Below, piece by piece: positions 1 through 9,610 of a stretch of 46,790 bases of DNA. Every line of letters starts with the position of its first letter. Positions within the stretch are counted from its first letter, which is position 1. Origin of the DNA: Chitinophagaceae bacterium (GTDB lineage: Bacteria; Bacteroidota; Bacteroidia; Chitinophagales; Chitinophagaceae); NCBI GenBank assembly GCA_025455665.1, contig JALOMC010000001.1, forward strand, positions 1-46,790, in the 5' to 3' direction. Position numbers and translations under genes: made by a program. The notes under the pieces are model-generated. The model was not told where the DNA came from and did not search any database. It saw nothing but the letters and a program-made list of their open reading frames with translations.

Positions 1-273
1 TTCTATTGCAGCGGTTTCGGCTATCTCCTCGCGGTAATCGGTCAGTTGGCGCTTGCGCTGGCTGGTCAGTATCGTATTCAGGCTTACCCGGTACAGCCAG
101 GTGCTAAACTTAGCCTCGCCGCGAAAGCTGCCGTAGGCCCGCCATGCCTGCAGCAGTATTTCCTGATAAAGATCTTTCCGATCCTCATCGCTGTCGGCAT
201 ACAGGCCCACCAGTTTGTAAATAATGCCCTGGTTGGCGGCTATTTGCGCTAGAAACTCCTTTTCTGATGGCAT
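1..273 (-). CDS. ECF sigma-70 factor (partial; runs off the window start)
   Basis: Not in the ORF track. Manual translation from ATG at 273: MPSEKEFLAQIAANQGIIYKLVGLYADSDEDRKDLYQEILLQAWRAYGSFRGEAKFSTWLYRVSLNT..., with the ECF region-2 signature D-L-x-QE...W...F-x-G-x-A-KFSTWLYRV-x-x-N. Confidence 0.9.
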   Translation of the reverse strand, partial: MPSEKEFLAQIAANQGIIYKLVGLYADSDEDRKDLYQEILLQAWRAYGSFRGEAKFSTWLYRVSLNTILTSQRKRQLTDYREEIAETAAIE

Positions 274-316
274 GTGGGGTAACAGTATTTCGAGCTGAGC
301 TACAAGGCCCATGCCG

Positions 317-478
317 CTAACAAGATAGGGCCGAGGCAGCTAATGTTGGCTGCATGTGCGACTGCTGCCAATGACGAGCCGATTTGGCAAAACCAGCACC
401 AATCAGCAGGCCCATCGCCAGCAGCAGCAGAGCAAAGCCGTACTTTACGAGTTGTCTTCTGTCGAAAAATTTTTCCAT
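317..478 (-). CDS. Small hypothetical membrane protein (53 aa)
   Basis: MEKFFDRRQLVKYGFALLLLAMGLLIGAGFAKS...: one hydrophobic helix, A-rich leader before ATG 478, co-oriented with the ECF gene. Confidence 0.45.
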   Translation of the reverse strand: MEKFFDRRQLVKYGFALLLLAMGLLIGAGFAKSARHWQQSHMQPTLAASALSC

Positions 479-643
479 CGTCTGTTCCTGATTTTTTTGA
501 TGTGCACAGACATTGGTAGCAGCCAGGGGGTCTTGCATTACAGCCTGCCAATAAAAAAATGCCATCATTTTCACATGCTTATGCGATGAAGCGGTATAGC
601 TGCCGTGGCTTGTTTTGCAGTACACACTAAATACATTGTTTTT

Positions 644-1555
644 ATGCTTCGCACACTGCTCTTCTGCTGCCTTTTTGCCGGCGGCTACCAGCTGGCGGCT
701 GCCCAGTTCGGCACCTCTCCATGGCCTACTGCTTCCTTTAGTCCGGCCCAGTTGCTACAGCATGCCGAGCTGTACAGCCAACTGCTGGATTTGAACATGA
801 CCAGCCATGAAAAACAACAGCATGCCCGCTACCTGCAGCAAAAGCTGGATGCACAGGATGCTCAAGTAATAGACAACCCAACAGGTGATTTAGCATTTAA
901 GCAGCGCATGGATGCCATGAACCCGGCCCAACGCCAGCAGTTGATAGAGCGTACCCGCCCAATGACCATTGACCTGCTGCTGAAGCCAGAGGCGGCACAC
1001 GATGAGGCTACCCAATGGATGCTGCGTTTGTATTTGCAAAAGCATCCATCGCTGGTGGCCTCTGTCATTCCATTTACCCGGCATATAGCCGATGCGCTGA
1101 TTGATAGCGACTACTTTATTGGCACCGTGCTGAAAGGCCAACCGGGCAAGCCACTGCGCCCCGACCAACGACAAGCGGCCTACCAGCAATTGGGCAAAGC
1201 ATGGAAGGGATTGCCCGAAGCGCAGCAGCGGCAGCTGCTATACAACACCAGCTATACCTCAGCAGTTATTCACTACTGGCCGCAGCTGGGTGCTGCCAGC
1301 CGGCTGGATGTAAAACTGAAGATGGTGGGCGCCGACTACCTGACGGCGGCTGAGAAGCGAATGCTGCAGCAGCAAGCCAGTCTGCAGCAACAGGCCATGG
1401 CCTTGGGTGGCCAACAAGGGCAGCTGCTGCAAAATGAAATCAACTTCATGAAGCAAAGCCAGGACATCATTATGGGCCGCGGCATTCGGTGGAATCCGGC
1501 GGCGAACCGCTACGAACAAATGGGCGGCGTTGTCACTGAGTTTTGGGCACCGTAG
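644..1555 (+). CDS. Hypothetical secreted, Gln-rich helical protein
   Basis: Long ORF; signal peptide MLRTLLFCCLFAGGYQLAAAQ from ATG 644; no family recognised. Confidence 0.75.
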   Translation: MLRTLLFCCLFAGGYQLAAAQFGTSPWPTASFSPAQLLQHAELYSQLLDLNMTSHEKQQHARYLQQKLDAQDAQVIDNPTGDLAFKQRMDAMNPAQRQQLIERTRPMTIDLLLKPEAAHDEATQWMLRLYLQKHPSLVASVIPFTRHIADALIDSDYFIGTVLKGQPGKPLRPDQRQAAYQQLGKAWKGLPEAQQRQLLYNTSYTSAVIHYWPQLGAASRLDVKLKMVGADYLTAAEKRMLQQQASLQQQAMALGGQQGQLLQNEINFMKQSQDIIMGRGIRWNPAANRYEQMGGVVTEFWAP

Positions 1556-1556
1556 T

Positions 1557-2945
1557 TTATTGCCAGCCGCCACCCAGCGCTTTGTACAGCTGTACCAGCG
1601 CATTCAGGCGCTGCTGAAAAGTAACGGACTCGGCCAGCTCCGCATCAAACAGGTAGTTTTCCTGTATCAGCACTTCGTAGTAGCTACTGTAGCCATAGTC
1701 GTATTTGGCACGGGTCAGCTCCAGCGATTTTCGGGCAGCCTTTGTCAGTTCGGTACGCACGTTGTATTCGTCATTAAATGTGCGGTACTGCGCCAGCGCA
1801 TTGTCTACATCGGCCATGGCCCGCAGCACAGTTTGCTCATAGTTGTAGGCCAGCTGCTTGGTGCGGTATTCCTCCACTTTTATGCGGCGTTTGTTTTGCC
1901 CAAACTGAAAAATGGGCCCCACCAACCCCGCAAAGCCATTGGCTACAAAACCACTGCCGCCTACCAGGCTGCTGAGCTGCGGACTGGCAAAGCCCAACAC
2001 ACCTGTGAGGCTGAACTGCGGATACAAGTTGGCCCGGGCAATGCCGATGTTGTAAAACTGTGCTTCCAGCCGGCGTTCGGCTTCCCGCACATCGGGGCGG
2101 CGCTGCAGCAGCTGCGAGGGCAGGCCGGCAGGAATATCGGGCGTTACAGTTTGTGCAAACAAAGCGTCGCCCCGCTCCAGCGGGCCCGGGGGCAGGCCCA
2201 TCAGGGTACGCATGGCGTTTTGCACCAAAATAATTTGCCGTTCGAATGCCGGAATAGCCGCTGCGGCCAAGCCAGCCTGCTGATCGGCTTGCAGCTTATC
2301 TACCTCGGCCACATAGCCTTTGCTAAATCGTTCGCCGATGATGCGGGCACTTTCCTGCCGCACCGTCAGGGTGCGCCGTGCTACCGCCAGGCGGTTGTCA
2401 AGGTCTCGCAGCAAAAAGTATTGCGCCGCCATTTCTGCCACCAGGCTTACTACCAATGCATTCCGGTTATCTACATCGGCCAGCAGGCGGGTGTAGGCAG
2501 CCTGGTTATTGTTGCGAATGCGGCCCCACAGGTCTATTTCCCAGTTGAGGGTGCCCAAAGCCCGCAGGGCACCACCATCTACGCCAGCGCCTATGCGGCG
2601 GGCATCGGTACCGGCCTGGCCGCCACCCGCCTGTAGCTGGTAGCCAAAGGCCGGATACAGATTGGCCCGCACCAGCCCGGCTATTTCACGGCTTTCTTCT
2701 ATGCGGTTGGCCGCTGCCAGCAGGTTGCGGTTGCTATCCAGCGCTGTGCGTATGTAGCGCTGCAGCACCGTATCGCCGTACAAATTGAACCAGCTGAGCA
2801 GTGCACTGGTATCGGCACTGGCGGGCTGGGCATATTGGGCAGGCATATTGGGCAGTGTGGGCTGGCTATACTTGCCACCCACCAGGCAGCCGGTGCTTCC
2901 CATCAGGGTAGCCGCGGCCAGTATCATCAGCATGCGAGGGCGCAT
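1557..2945 (-). CDS. RND efflux outer-membrane lipoprotein (NodT/OprM/TolC family)
   Basis: Lipobox STGC; motifs WEIDLWGR, PSQLLQRRPDVREAE, C-terminal LYKALGGGW; last gene of the RND operon. Confidence 0.95.
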   Translation of the reverse strand: MRPRMLMILAAATLMGSTGCLVGGKYSQPTLPNMPAQYAQPASADTSALLSWFNLYGDTVLQRYIRTALDSNRNLLAAANRIEESREIAGLVRANLYPAFGYQLQAGGGQAGTDARRIGAGVDGGALRALGTLNWEIDLWGRIRNNNQAAYTRLLADVDNRNALVVSLVAEMAAQYFLLRDLDNRLAVARRTLTVRQESARIIGERFSKGYVAEVDKLQADQQAGLAAAAIPAFERQIILVQNAMRTLMGLPPGPLERGDALFAQTVTPDIPAGLPSQLLQRRPDVREAERRLEAQFYNIGIARANLYPQFSLTGVLGFASPQLSSLVGGSGFVANGFAGLVGPIFQFGQNKRRIKVEEYRTKQLAYNYEQTVLRAMADVDNALAQYRTFNDEYNVRTELTKAARKSLELTRAKYDYGYSSYYEVLIQENYLFDAELAESVTFQQRLNALVQLYKALGGGWQ

Positions 2946-2946
2946 A

Positions 2947-5900
2947 TCAGGTAGTTTCTGGTTGTTCAGGTTGTGCCGATGCTGCAGCATCGTCGTTATG
3001 GTGGTTGGCTTCGGCAGCGGCTACAGCCGGGGCAGCCTGGGCAGCGGCCTTGCGCTTGTTGCCTTCTATCATTACAAAAAAGGCGGGTATGAGAATGACC
3101 CCGATGATGGTGGCCACCAGCATACCGCTGAATACGGTGGTGCCCATCACTTTGCGGGCCTCAGCACCAGCGCCCGATGCCAGCATCAGCGGCACTACCC
3201 CCAGTATAAAGGCAAATGAGGTCATGAGGATGGGCCGGAAACGCAGGCGTGCCCCTTCAATGGCAGCCGCCAGCGCCGTTTTGCCGTTGAGCTCCATTTC
3301 CATTTTGGCAAACTCAACAATCAGGATGGCATTTTTGGCATTGAGGCCAATGAGCATGACCAACCCGATTTGGGCAAACACATTGTTGACATACGTAGCA
3401 GCAAACATGCCGCCGATAAACAAGCCCAGCAGCGCCCCCATCACCGCCCATGGCGTGCCGAGCAGCACGCTAAAGGGCAGTTTCCAGCTTTCGTATTGCG
3501 CAGCCAAAATCAAAAACACAAACAACAGCGCCATGGCAAAAACGGCTGCGCCCTTGCCGGCACTCTCCCGCTCCTGGTAGCTCACATTGCTCCACTGGTA
3601 GCCCATGGTGGTGGGCAGCACTTCTTTAGCCACCTGCTCCAGCGCATCCAGCGCCTGTGCACTGCTGTAGCCGGGGGCTGGCTGCCCGGTTATTTCAGCC
3701 GCACGGTATATATTGAAATGGTTGGTAAACAAGGGGCCGCTGGTATCGGTTACGGTGGCCAGTGTACCCATGCTCACCATATTGCCTTTGGCATCGCGTA
3801 CAAAAAACTGGCTGATGTCTTCGGGCTTCATCCGGTAGTCTACATCGCCCTGCACATACACCCGGTACTGCCGGCCAAAGCGGTTGAAATTGTTTACAAA
3901 TGAGCCGCCCATCATGGTGCTCACCGTGCTGTTTACATCGCTCAGGCGCAGGCCCAGTTTTTCTACTTTTTCCCGGTCTACGTTGATGCTCTTTTGCGGC
4001 ACATTGGCCCGAAACAGGGTGTAGATGCTGCCGATTTCGGGTCGTTGTGAGGCAGCTGCTATAAACTTCTGCGACTGCTCGGCCAGGTACTGCGGGCTTT
4101 GGCCACCGCGGTCTTGCAGCATCATGGTAAAGCCACTGCCATTGCCCAGGCCCACAATGGGCGGTGGGCCAAAAGCTACTACCGTTGCCTCGGTGATGTT
4201 TTTGATGGTCATTCCATTTACCTGCTGAATGATTTGCGCAGCTGTCAGGTTCCGTTCGTCCCACGGCTTCAGGCTGGCAAATACGGTAGCGGTATTGGCA
4301 CTGTTGGTGCCACTCATGGCATTAAATCCGTTGATGACAATAAAGCTTGCAATGCCATCTACCTTTTTCAGCATCGCCGCTACTTTTTCAGTCACTTTGC
4401 CGGTTCGCTGCACCGAGGCCGCATCGGGCAAAATGATGCCCATCATGAAGTAGCCTTCATCTTCTTCGGGCACAAAGCCACCGGGTACTTTTTTCGTCAG
4501 CAGCACAGTGGCTGCCACAATGCCGCCCAGCACCAGCAGGGTCAACAGCGCCTTGCGGGCAAAAAAGCCAGCTACGCCGAGGTAGCCCCGGGTAAACTTA
4601 TCGAAGCCCCGATTGAAGGCACCGAAAAAGCGGGCCAGCAAGCCTTTCTTTTGGCCATGCGGTTTTAGTAAAATGGCTGCCAAAGCCGGGCTCAACGTCA
4701 GAGCATTGAAGGCAGAGAAAGCCACCGAAATGGCGATGGTAATGGCAAACTGCTGGTACAGCCTGCCGGTAATGCCGCCACTCATGGCCACAGGTATAAA
4801 CACCGCACACAAGATGACCGCAATGGCAATCACCGGTCCACCTACTTCCTTCATGGCCTTTTGCGTAGCTTCTTTGGGCGATAAGCCGTGCTCAATGTGA
4901 TGTATCACGGCTTCTACTACCACAATGGCATCATCTACCACCAGGCCAATGGCCAGTACCATACCCAGCAGCGACAAGGTATTGACCGAAAAGCCCAGCA
5001 ATGGAAACACCATGAAAGTTCCTATCAGTGAGACCGGCACCGTCAGCAGCGGTATCAGCGTAGCCCGCCAATCTTGCAAAAACAGAAAGACCACCAGTAT
5101 TACCAGCAGCACCGCTTCAAACAGGGTATGCATGATCTCTTCGATGCCCACGGTAATGGCCTCGGTAGTATCCAGCGACACTTTGTAGTCTATGCCCGGC
5201 GGAAAGCTTTCCTTCAATTGCGCCAGCTTCTCTTTTGCCTGCGTGGCTACATCCAGGCCGTTTGAACCTGGTATTTGGTACAAGGCAATGGCGCAGCTGG
5301 GGCGCCCTTCCATATTGCTGTTCAGGTTGTAAAACTGTACCCCCAGCTCTACCCGGGCCACATCCTTCAGCCGTACGATAGCACCGTTGTTGTTCGACTT
5401 CAAAATGATATTGCCAAACTCCTCTTCATTTACCAGGCGCTGCTGCAGCAGTACCGTGTAGGTATTTTGATTATTGGGGGCGGCTGGTTCATCGCCAAAA
5501 GCGCCACCCGGTGCAATGTTGTTCTGCTCTTTCAGTGCATTCATCACATCGGCGGCAGTCAGACCCAGCGCCGTCATCCGATCGGGCTGCAGCCACACCC
5601 GCATGGCATACTCGGCACCGCCCATTACGGTCACATCGCCCACACCTTTCAGGCGGCGCAGTTCATCCAGCAGGTTCAGGTACGCATAGTTGTTGATAAA
5701 GCTGGCATCGTAGGTATTGGTGGGCGAATAAATGCTGAAAATGAGGAGCGGAAACGTCAGCGATTTTTTCACGTTCACGCCCAGATCTTTTACCTGCGGT
5801 GGCAAAAACGGATTGGCACTTGATACCCGGTTTTGCGTCAGCATGTTGGCCTTGTCCAAATCGGTGCCCACTTCAAAGCTTACCTGCAGTACGGTGCTGC

Positions 5901-6156
5901 CATTGTTGGCATTCACGCTTTTCATGTACAGCATGTCTTCCACCCCGTTTACCTGCTGCTCTATGGGCGTGGCTACCGCATCTTCCATGTTTACAGCATT
6001 GGCACCGCCGTAGCTGGCACTCACCTGCACCATGGGTGGAGTAATATCGGGGTACTTGGCTACCGGTACCCCTTGCAGGGCCAGCAGGCCCAGTATCACT
6101 ATCAGTATAGAAATGACGATAGCGAAAATCGGTCGTCGTATAAAAAACTCACTCAT
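2947..6156 (-). CDS. RND efflux permease (HAE1, AcrB/MexB family)
   Basis: 1069 aa; FFIRRPIFA start, GLVVDDAIVVVE, KNAILIVEFA, RLRFRPILMTSFAFILGVVPL. Confidence 0.97.
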   Translation of the reverse strand: MSEFFIRRPIFAIVISILIVILGLLALQGVPVAKYPDITPPMVQVSASYGGANAVNMEDAVATPIEQQVNGVEDMLYMKSVNANNGSTVLQVSFEVGTDLDKANMLTQNRVSSANPFLPPQVKDLGVNVKKSLTFPLLIFSIYSPTNTYDASFINNYAYLNLLDELRRLKGVGDVTVMGGAEYAMRVWLQPDRMTALGLTAADVMNALKEQNNIAPGGAFGDEPAAPNNQNTYTVLLQQRLVNEEEFGNIILKSNNNGAIVRLKDVARVELGVQFYNLNSNMEGRPSCAIALYQIPGSNGLDVATQAKEKLAQLKESFPPGIDYKVSLDTTEAITVGIEEIMHTLFEAVLLVILVVFLFLQDWRATLIPLLTVPVSLIGTFMVFPLLGFSVNTLSLLGMVLAIGLVVDDAIVVVEAVIHHIEHGLSPKEATQKAMKEVGGPVIAIAVILCAVFIPVAMSGGITGRLYQQFAITIAISVAFSAFNALTLSPALAAILLKPHGQKKGLLARFFGAFNRGFDKFTRGYLGVAGFFARKALLTLLVLGGIVAATVLLTKKVPGGFVPEEDEGYFMMGIILPDAASVQRTGKVTEKVAAMLKKVDGIASFIVINGFNAMSGTNSANTATVFASLKPWDERNLTAAQIIQQVNGMTIKNITEATVVAFGPPPIVGLGNGSGFTMMLQDRGGQSPQYLAEQSQKFIAAASQRPEIGSIYTLFRANVPQKSINVDREKVEKLGLRLSDVNSTVSTMMGGSFVNNFNRFGRQYRVYVQGDVDYRMKPEDISQFFVRDAKGNMVSMGTLATVTDTSGPLFTNHFNIYRAAEITGQPAPGYSSAQALDALEQVAKEVLPTTMGYQWSNVSYQERESAGKGAAVFAMALLFVFLILAAQYESWKLPFSVLLGTPWAVMGALLGLFIGGMFAATYVNNVFAQIGLVMLIGLNAKNAILIVEFAKMEMELNGKTALAAAIEGARLRFRPILMTSFAFILGVVPLMLASGAGAEARKVMGTTVFSGMLVATIIGVILIPAFFVMIEGNKRKAAAQAAPAVAAAEANHHNDDAAASAQPEQPETT

Positions 6157-6202
6157 ACCTGGCAGTATTGAAAAAGACTAGGAATTAGGAGATGAACCAA
6201 GG

Positions 6203-7354
6203 TTACTGCGCCGAATCGGCCTGGTAGCGCCAGTCCATGGCTACCGGCTTTACCAGGCTGTTGGGTTTTACAATGGCATTGCCTATCACGGCTACTTTTT
6301 CACCGGCTTGCAGCCCTTCGGTTATCACCCAATTGTTGCCTACCCGCCGGCCGGTTTTTACCAGGCGGGGTACCACTTTATTGCTGTCGTTCAGCACAAA
6401 TACCTGATAAATGCTTTGCAACTGATTGACCGCCTGCTGTGGCACCAGGATGGCGCCTTTCAGCATACTGGCTTGTATGCGCACTTTTACATACTGGCCC
6501 GGGCGCAGCAGCCGATCGTTGTTTTGAAACACCGCCTGCAGCAATATGCTACCCGTGGCCGGGTCTACTTCGCGGTTGGCCAGGTCTATATAGCCCCGCT
6601 CGTGGTAGGTGCTGCCATCGCTTAGTGTAAGTGCTACGGGCAGCTTATCGGTACCGGCGCCAAACATGGAGTCGGCCTTTTGCTGGTAGCGGGTGTAGTT
6701 CAAAAAATCTTTTTCGGCTACAGCAAAGCGCACCCGCACCACCCCCAGGCTCGAAATGGTATTGAGGCTATTGCCCAGTTTGCCCACATAATCGCCGGCT
6801 TGCACTTTGCTAATGCCAATAATACCCGACACCGGCGCCAGTACCCGGGTGTAGCCCAGCTCAATCTTTGAGTTACTCAGCTGCGCTTCGGCTATGCTCA
6901 CCTCTGCCCGGGCGGCACTTACCATGGCTACGGCTGCATCCAGGTCTCGCTTGCTGAGTGCATTCATATCGGCCAGGGGCTTTACCCGGCTGTAGTCGGC
7001 TTCGGCCTTTACCAGCTGCGTACGGGCTTGCGCTACGCGGCCGGCAGCAGCATCTACTTTGGTCTTTATCGGCAAATCATCGATGCTGTACAGCAGTTGG
7101 CCCTTGCTCACAGCACTTCCTTCTTTAAAGTGCATGCCGGTGATCCAACCATCTACCCTGCTAAATACCTCCACATCTTTTTCGCCGTAGGTCTGGCCCA
7201 CGTATTCGGTATAAATGGGCAGGTCCATACTAGCGGCGGCTACCACGTTTACTTCGGGTACCAGGGTTGGTTTGGCAGCCTTATCGTTGGGGCTGCAGGC
7301 AAGCCATGTGCACACAGGCAGTAGCCAGGCGGCTACTCTGAAAGACGGTTTCAT
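6203..7354 (-). CDS. RND efflux periplasmic adaptor (MFP) subunit
   Basis: Lipoprotein signal (WLAC), RVDGWI..F.EG..V.KGQLLY, APVSGIIG, VDPATG, LRPGQYV, LVPQQAV. Confidence 0.95.
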   Translation of the reverse strand: MKPSFRVAAWLLPVCTWLACSPNDKAAKPTLVPEVNVVAAASMDLPIYTEYVGQTYGEKDVEVFSRVDGWITGMHFKEGSAVSKGQLLYSIDDLPIKTKVDAAAGRVAQARTQLVKAEADYSRVKPLADMNALSKRDLDAAVAMVSAARAEVSIAEAQLSNSKIELGYTRVLAPVSGIIGISKVQAGDYVGKLGNSLNTISSLGVVRVRFAVAEKDFLNYTRYQQKADSMFGAGTDKLPVALTLSDGSTYHERGYIDLANREVDPATGSILLQAVFQNNDRLLRPGQYVKVRIQASMLKGAILVPQQAVNQLQSIYQVFVLNDSNKVVPRLVKTGRRVGNNWVITEGLQAGEKVAVIGNAIVKPNSLVKPVAMDWRYQADSAQ

Positions 7355-7555
7355 GCTGGTTGTTTTTGAAAAAAATGAGATGACGCCACCCGGGCGAACT
7401 GAAATAGGTTGTTGGTTGACAAAAAAGTAGCCTCACAGGCTGTGTCTACAAGCCTTGCCCTATACCCACTGGTTAAATATAGCAATGCCACCGAAACGCC
7501 AGCCAAAATGATAAGTGCGGCACTGGCGATGGTGCCACATAATTACCTTGCTGCC

Positions 7556-8245
7556 ATGAAAACCATCGGCCTGATTGGCGGCCTTACCTGGCACAGTACC
7601 ATTGACTACTACCGGCACCTGAACCAACTGGTGCAGCAGCGCCTCGGTGGCCAGCACTCCGCCCGCCTGCTATTGCATTCTGTCGATTTTGAAGAGATCA
7701 GGCAGCGCACTTTTGCCAATGATTGGGCGGCCATAGCAGCACACATGACCACCGCAGGCAGGCAGCTGGAGCAGGCCGGTGCACACTGCCTGCTGCTGGG
7801 TGCCAATACCATGCACCATGTAGCCGACGAGGTGCAGGCGCACATTGGCATTCCGCTGCTGCACATAGCCGATGCCACCGCCAAAGCCATAGCAGCCCAA
7901 GGCCTGCAAACAGTAGCCCTGTTGGGTACCCGCTACACCATGCAGCTACCTTTTTACCATCAGCGCCTGGCAGCACATGGTATACAGGCCATGGTGCCTT
8001 CGGCAAACGACCAACAGCTGGTGCACGATGCCATTTATAATGAAATGGCCAGCGGCATTTTTGCCGACGCTACCCGGCAGCAATACAATGGCATCATCCT
8101 GAAACTGCAACAGCAGGGGGCCCAGGGCGTGATTATGGGCTGCACCGAAATACCGCTGCTATTGAGGCCGGATGAGCTATCGCTACCCCTGTTTGATACA
8201 GCCCGCCTGCATGCAGAGGCCGCAGTACAGTTTGCGCTTGGCTAA
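7556..8245 (+). CDS. Aspartate/glutamate racemase family protein (YgeA/RacX-like)
   Basis: MKTIGLIGGLTWHSTIDYY, GANTMH, LLGTRYTM, GCTEIPLL; start set at ATG 7556. Confidence 0.92.
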   Translation: MKTIGLIGGLTWHSTIDYYRHLNQLVQQRLGGQHSARLLLHSVDFEEIRQRTFANDWAAIAAHMTTAGRQLEQAGAHCLLLGANTMHHVADEVQAHIGIPLLHIADATAKAIAAQGLQTVALLGTRYTMQLPFYHQRLAAHGIQAMVPSANDQQLVHDAIYNEMASGIFADATRQQYNGIILKLQQQGAQGVIMGCTEIPLLLRPDELSLPLFDTARLHAEAAVQFALG

Positions 8246-8364
8246 CCGCCCCGCCCTTAGCGGTATAGTACCGGAAGCACTGGTGGCGCAGCAAAAAGTA
8301 TGAGCAGGTTGGTGCATGCCGGCAGATACCTTACCTTGACTGGCCACCAACAATAGCCTGCCCT

Positions 8365-8820
8365 ATGACCAGCAAAGCCACGAGCCCCGATCAATACCTG
8401 GCCGAACTACCCGACGAACAGCGACCCGCCGTAGCAGCCCTGCGCAACACCATTCTGAAAAATCTGCCCAAAGGCTACCAGGAAGTGATGCAATACGGCA
8501 TGCTATCGTATGTAGTGCCACACAGCCTGTACCCGGCCGGTTACCATTGCGATGCAAAGCAGCCGCTGCCGTTTATGGCGCTGGCAGGCCAAAAAAACTC
8601 TGTCAATTTTTATCACATGGGCCTCTATGCCGAACCAGCGCTACTGCAGTGGTTTGAAAACGAGTACCCGCAGCACAGCAGCGGCAGGCTGGATATGGGC
8701 AAAAGCTGCGTCCGCTTTAAAAAACCTGAGCACATACCCCACCAACTGGTAGGCCAGCTGGTGAAAAAAATGCCGGTAAAAGACTGGATAGCCCTGTATG
8801 AAAGCAAGCTGAAAAAGTAG
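8365..8820 (+). CDS. DUF1801 (YdhG-like) protein
   Basis: YGMLSYVVPHSLYPAGYHC, LPFMALAGQKN, LDMGKSCVRFKK. Confidence 0.88.
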   Translation: MTSKATSPDQYLAELPDEQRPAVAALRNTILKNLPKGYQEVMQYGMLSYVVPHSLYPAGYHCDAKQPLPFMALAGQKNSVNFYHMGLYAEPALLQWFENEYPQHSSGRLDMGKSCVRFKKPEHIPHQLVGQLVKKMPVKDWIALYESKLKK

Positions 8821-8929
8821 GACCGCGACGCCCCGGCAGCGATGCCGGTTCACCCGGGCTTAACAATAAGCTCATACAGCCGGCCGGCCTCTTTGCAACA
8901 AAATAATTCGGCGCCTGTTTAAGTGGGGT

Positions 8930-8937
8930 TACTTTTG
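8930..8937 (+). promoter_or_regulatory. Bacteroidota housekeeping -7 promoter element upstream of the ECF gene
   Basis: TACTTTTG matches the TAnnTTTG consensus exactly, 20 nt before ATG 8957. Confidence 0.55.
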
Positions 8938-8956
8938 ATAACTGCTTGCTGAAAAA

Positions 8957-9550
8957 ATGACCGAAACGGAAGCCCTCCACTGCTTGTTTCGCCAACTGGC
9001 GATTGATAACTGTTCCGAATCTTACAAACAGTTGTTTGTGCGGATGCAGCCATCGCTGGTGCGGTTTGCATTTGGCATCCTCAAGTCAGAAGCGCTGGCC
9101 TTTGAGGTGGTGTCCGATGTGTTTATCCGCATTTGGGAAAAGCGGGATACCCTCCAGCACGTCGACTCGCCACGCAGCTACCTGTACCAGGCGGTAAAAA
9201 ATGAAGCCATCAATGCACTGCACCAGCAAGAGCGCCGCCAGCTGCACGATGCGCTGGTATGGGCGGTACCCGCCGAAAGCGTCTTTTTCAATCCGGAACA
9301 GCAGCTGATCAGCAAAGAAACACTGGCAGCCCTGCAGCGGGCTGTGCAGGAGCTGCCACCCAAATGCCGCACCATATTCAAGCTGGTAAAGGAAGATGGC
9401 CTCAAGTACCGCGAAGTAGCCGCTTTGCTGGACCTGTCGGTAAAGACCGTAGAGGCGCAAATGGGCATTGCCATCAAGCGGCTGGCCAGCTGTATGCAAC
9501 TGCAGTTGCCGGCCAGGCAGGCAGGGGCAAAAGCTGTTGCCAAAAAATAA
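8957..9550 (+). CDS. ECF sigma-70 factor (FecI-like, Bacteroidota expansion)
   Basis: EVVSDVFIRIW, SYLYQAVKN, LPPKCRTIFKLVKEDGLKYREVA, SVKTVEAQM; precedes fecR and susC. Confidence 0.93.
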   Translation: MTETEALHCLFRQLAIDNCSESYKQLFVRMQPSLVRFAFGILKSEALAFEVVSDVFIRIWEKRDTLQHVDSPRSYLYQAVKNEAINALHQQERRQLHDALVWAVPAESVFFNPEQQLISKETLAALQRAVQELPPKCRTIFKLVKEDGLKYREVAALLDLSVKTVEAQMGIAIKRLASCMQLQLPARQAGAKAVAKK

Positions 9551-9610
9551 TGTTTGCCGTTTTAAGGGTGTTGCGCCCTCAGCATTGTCATAGAAGGCAT
9601 CCACTGCTGT

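Noticed and set aside
1530-2636. 368-aa plus-strand ORF
   Set aside because: Antisense shadow of the efflux outer-membrane gene with no recognisable motifs. The same applies to most overlapping ORFs in the track.
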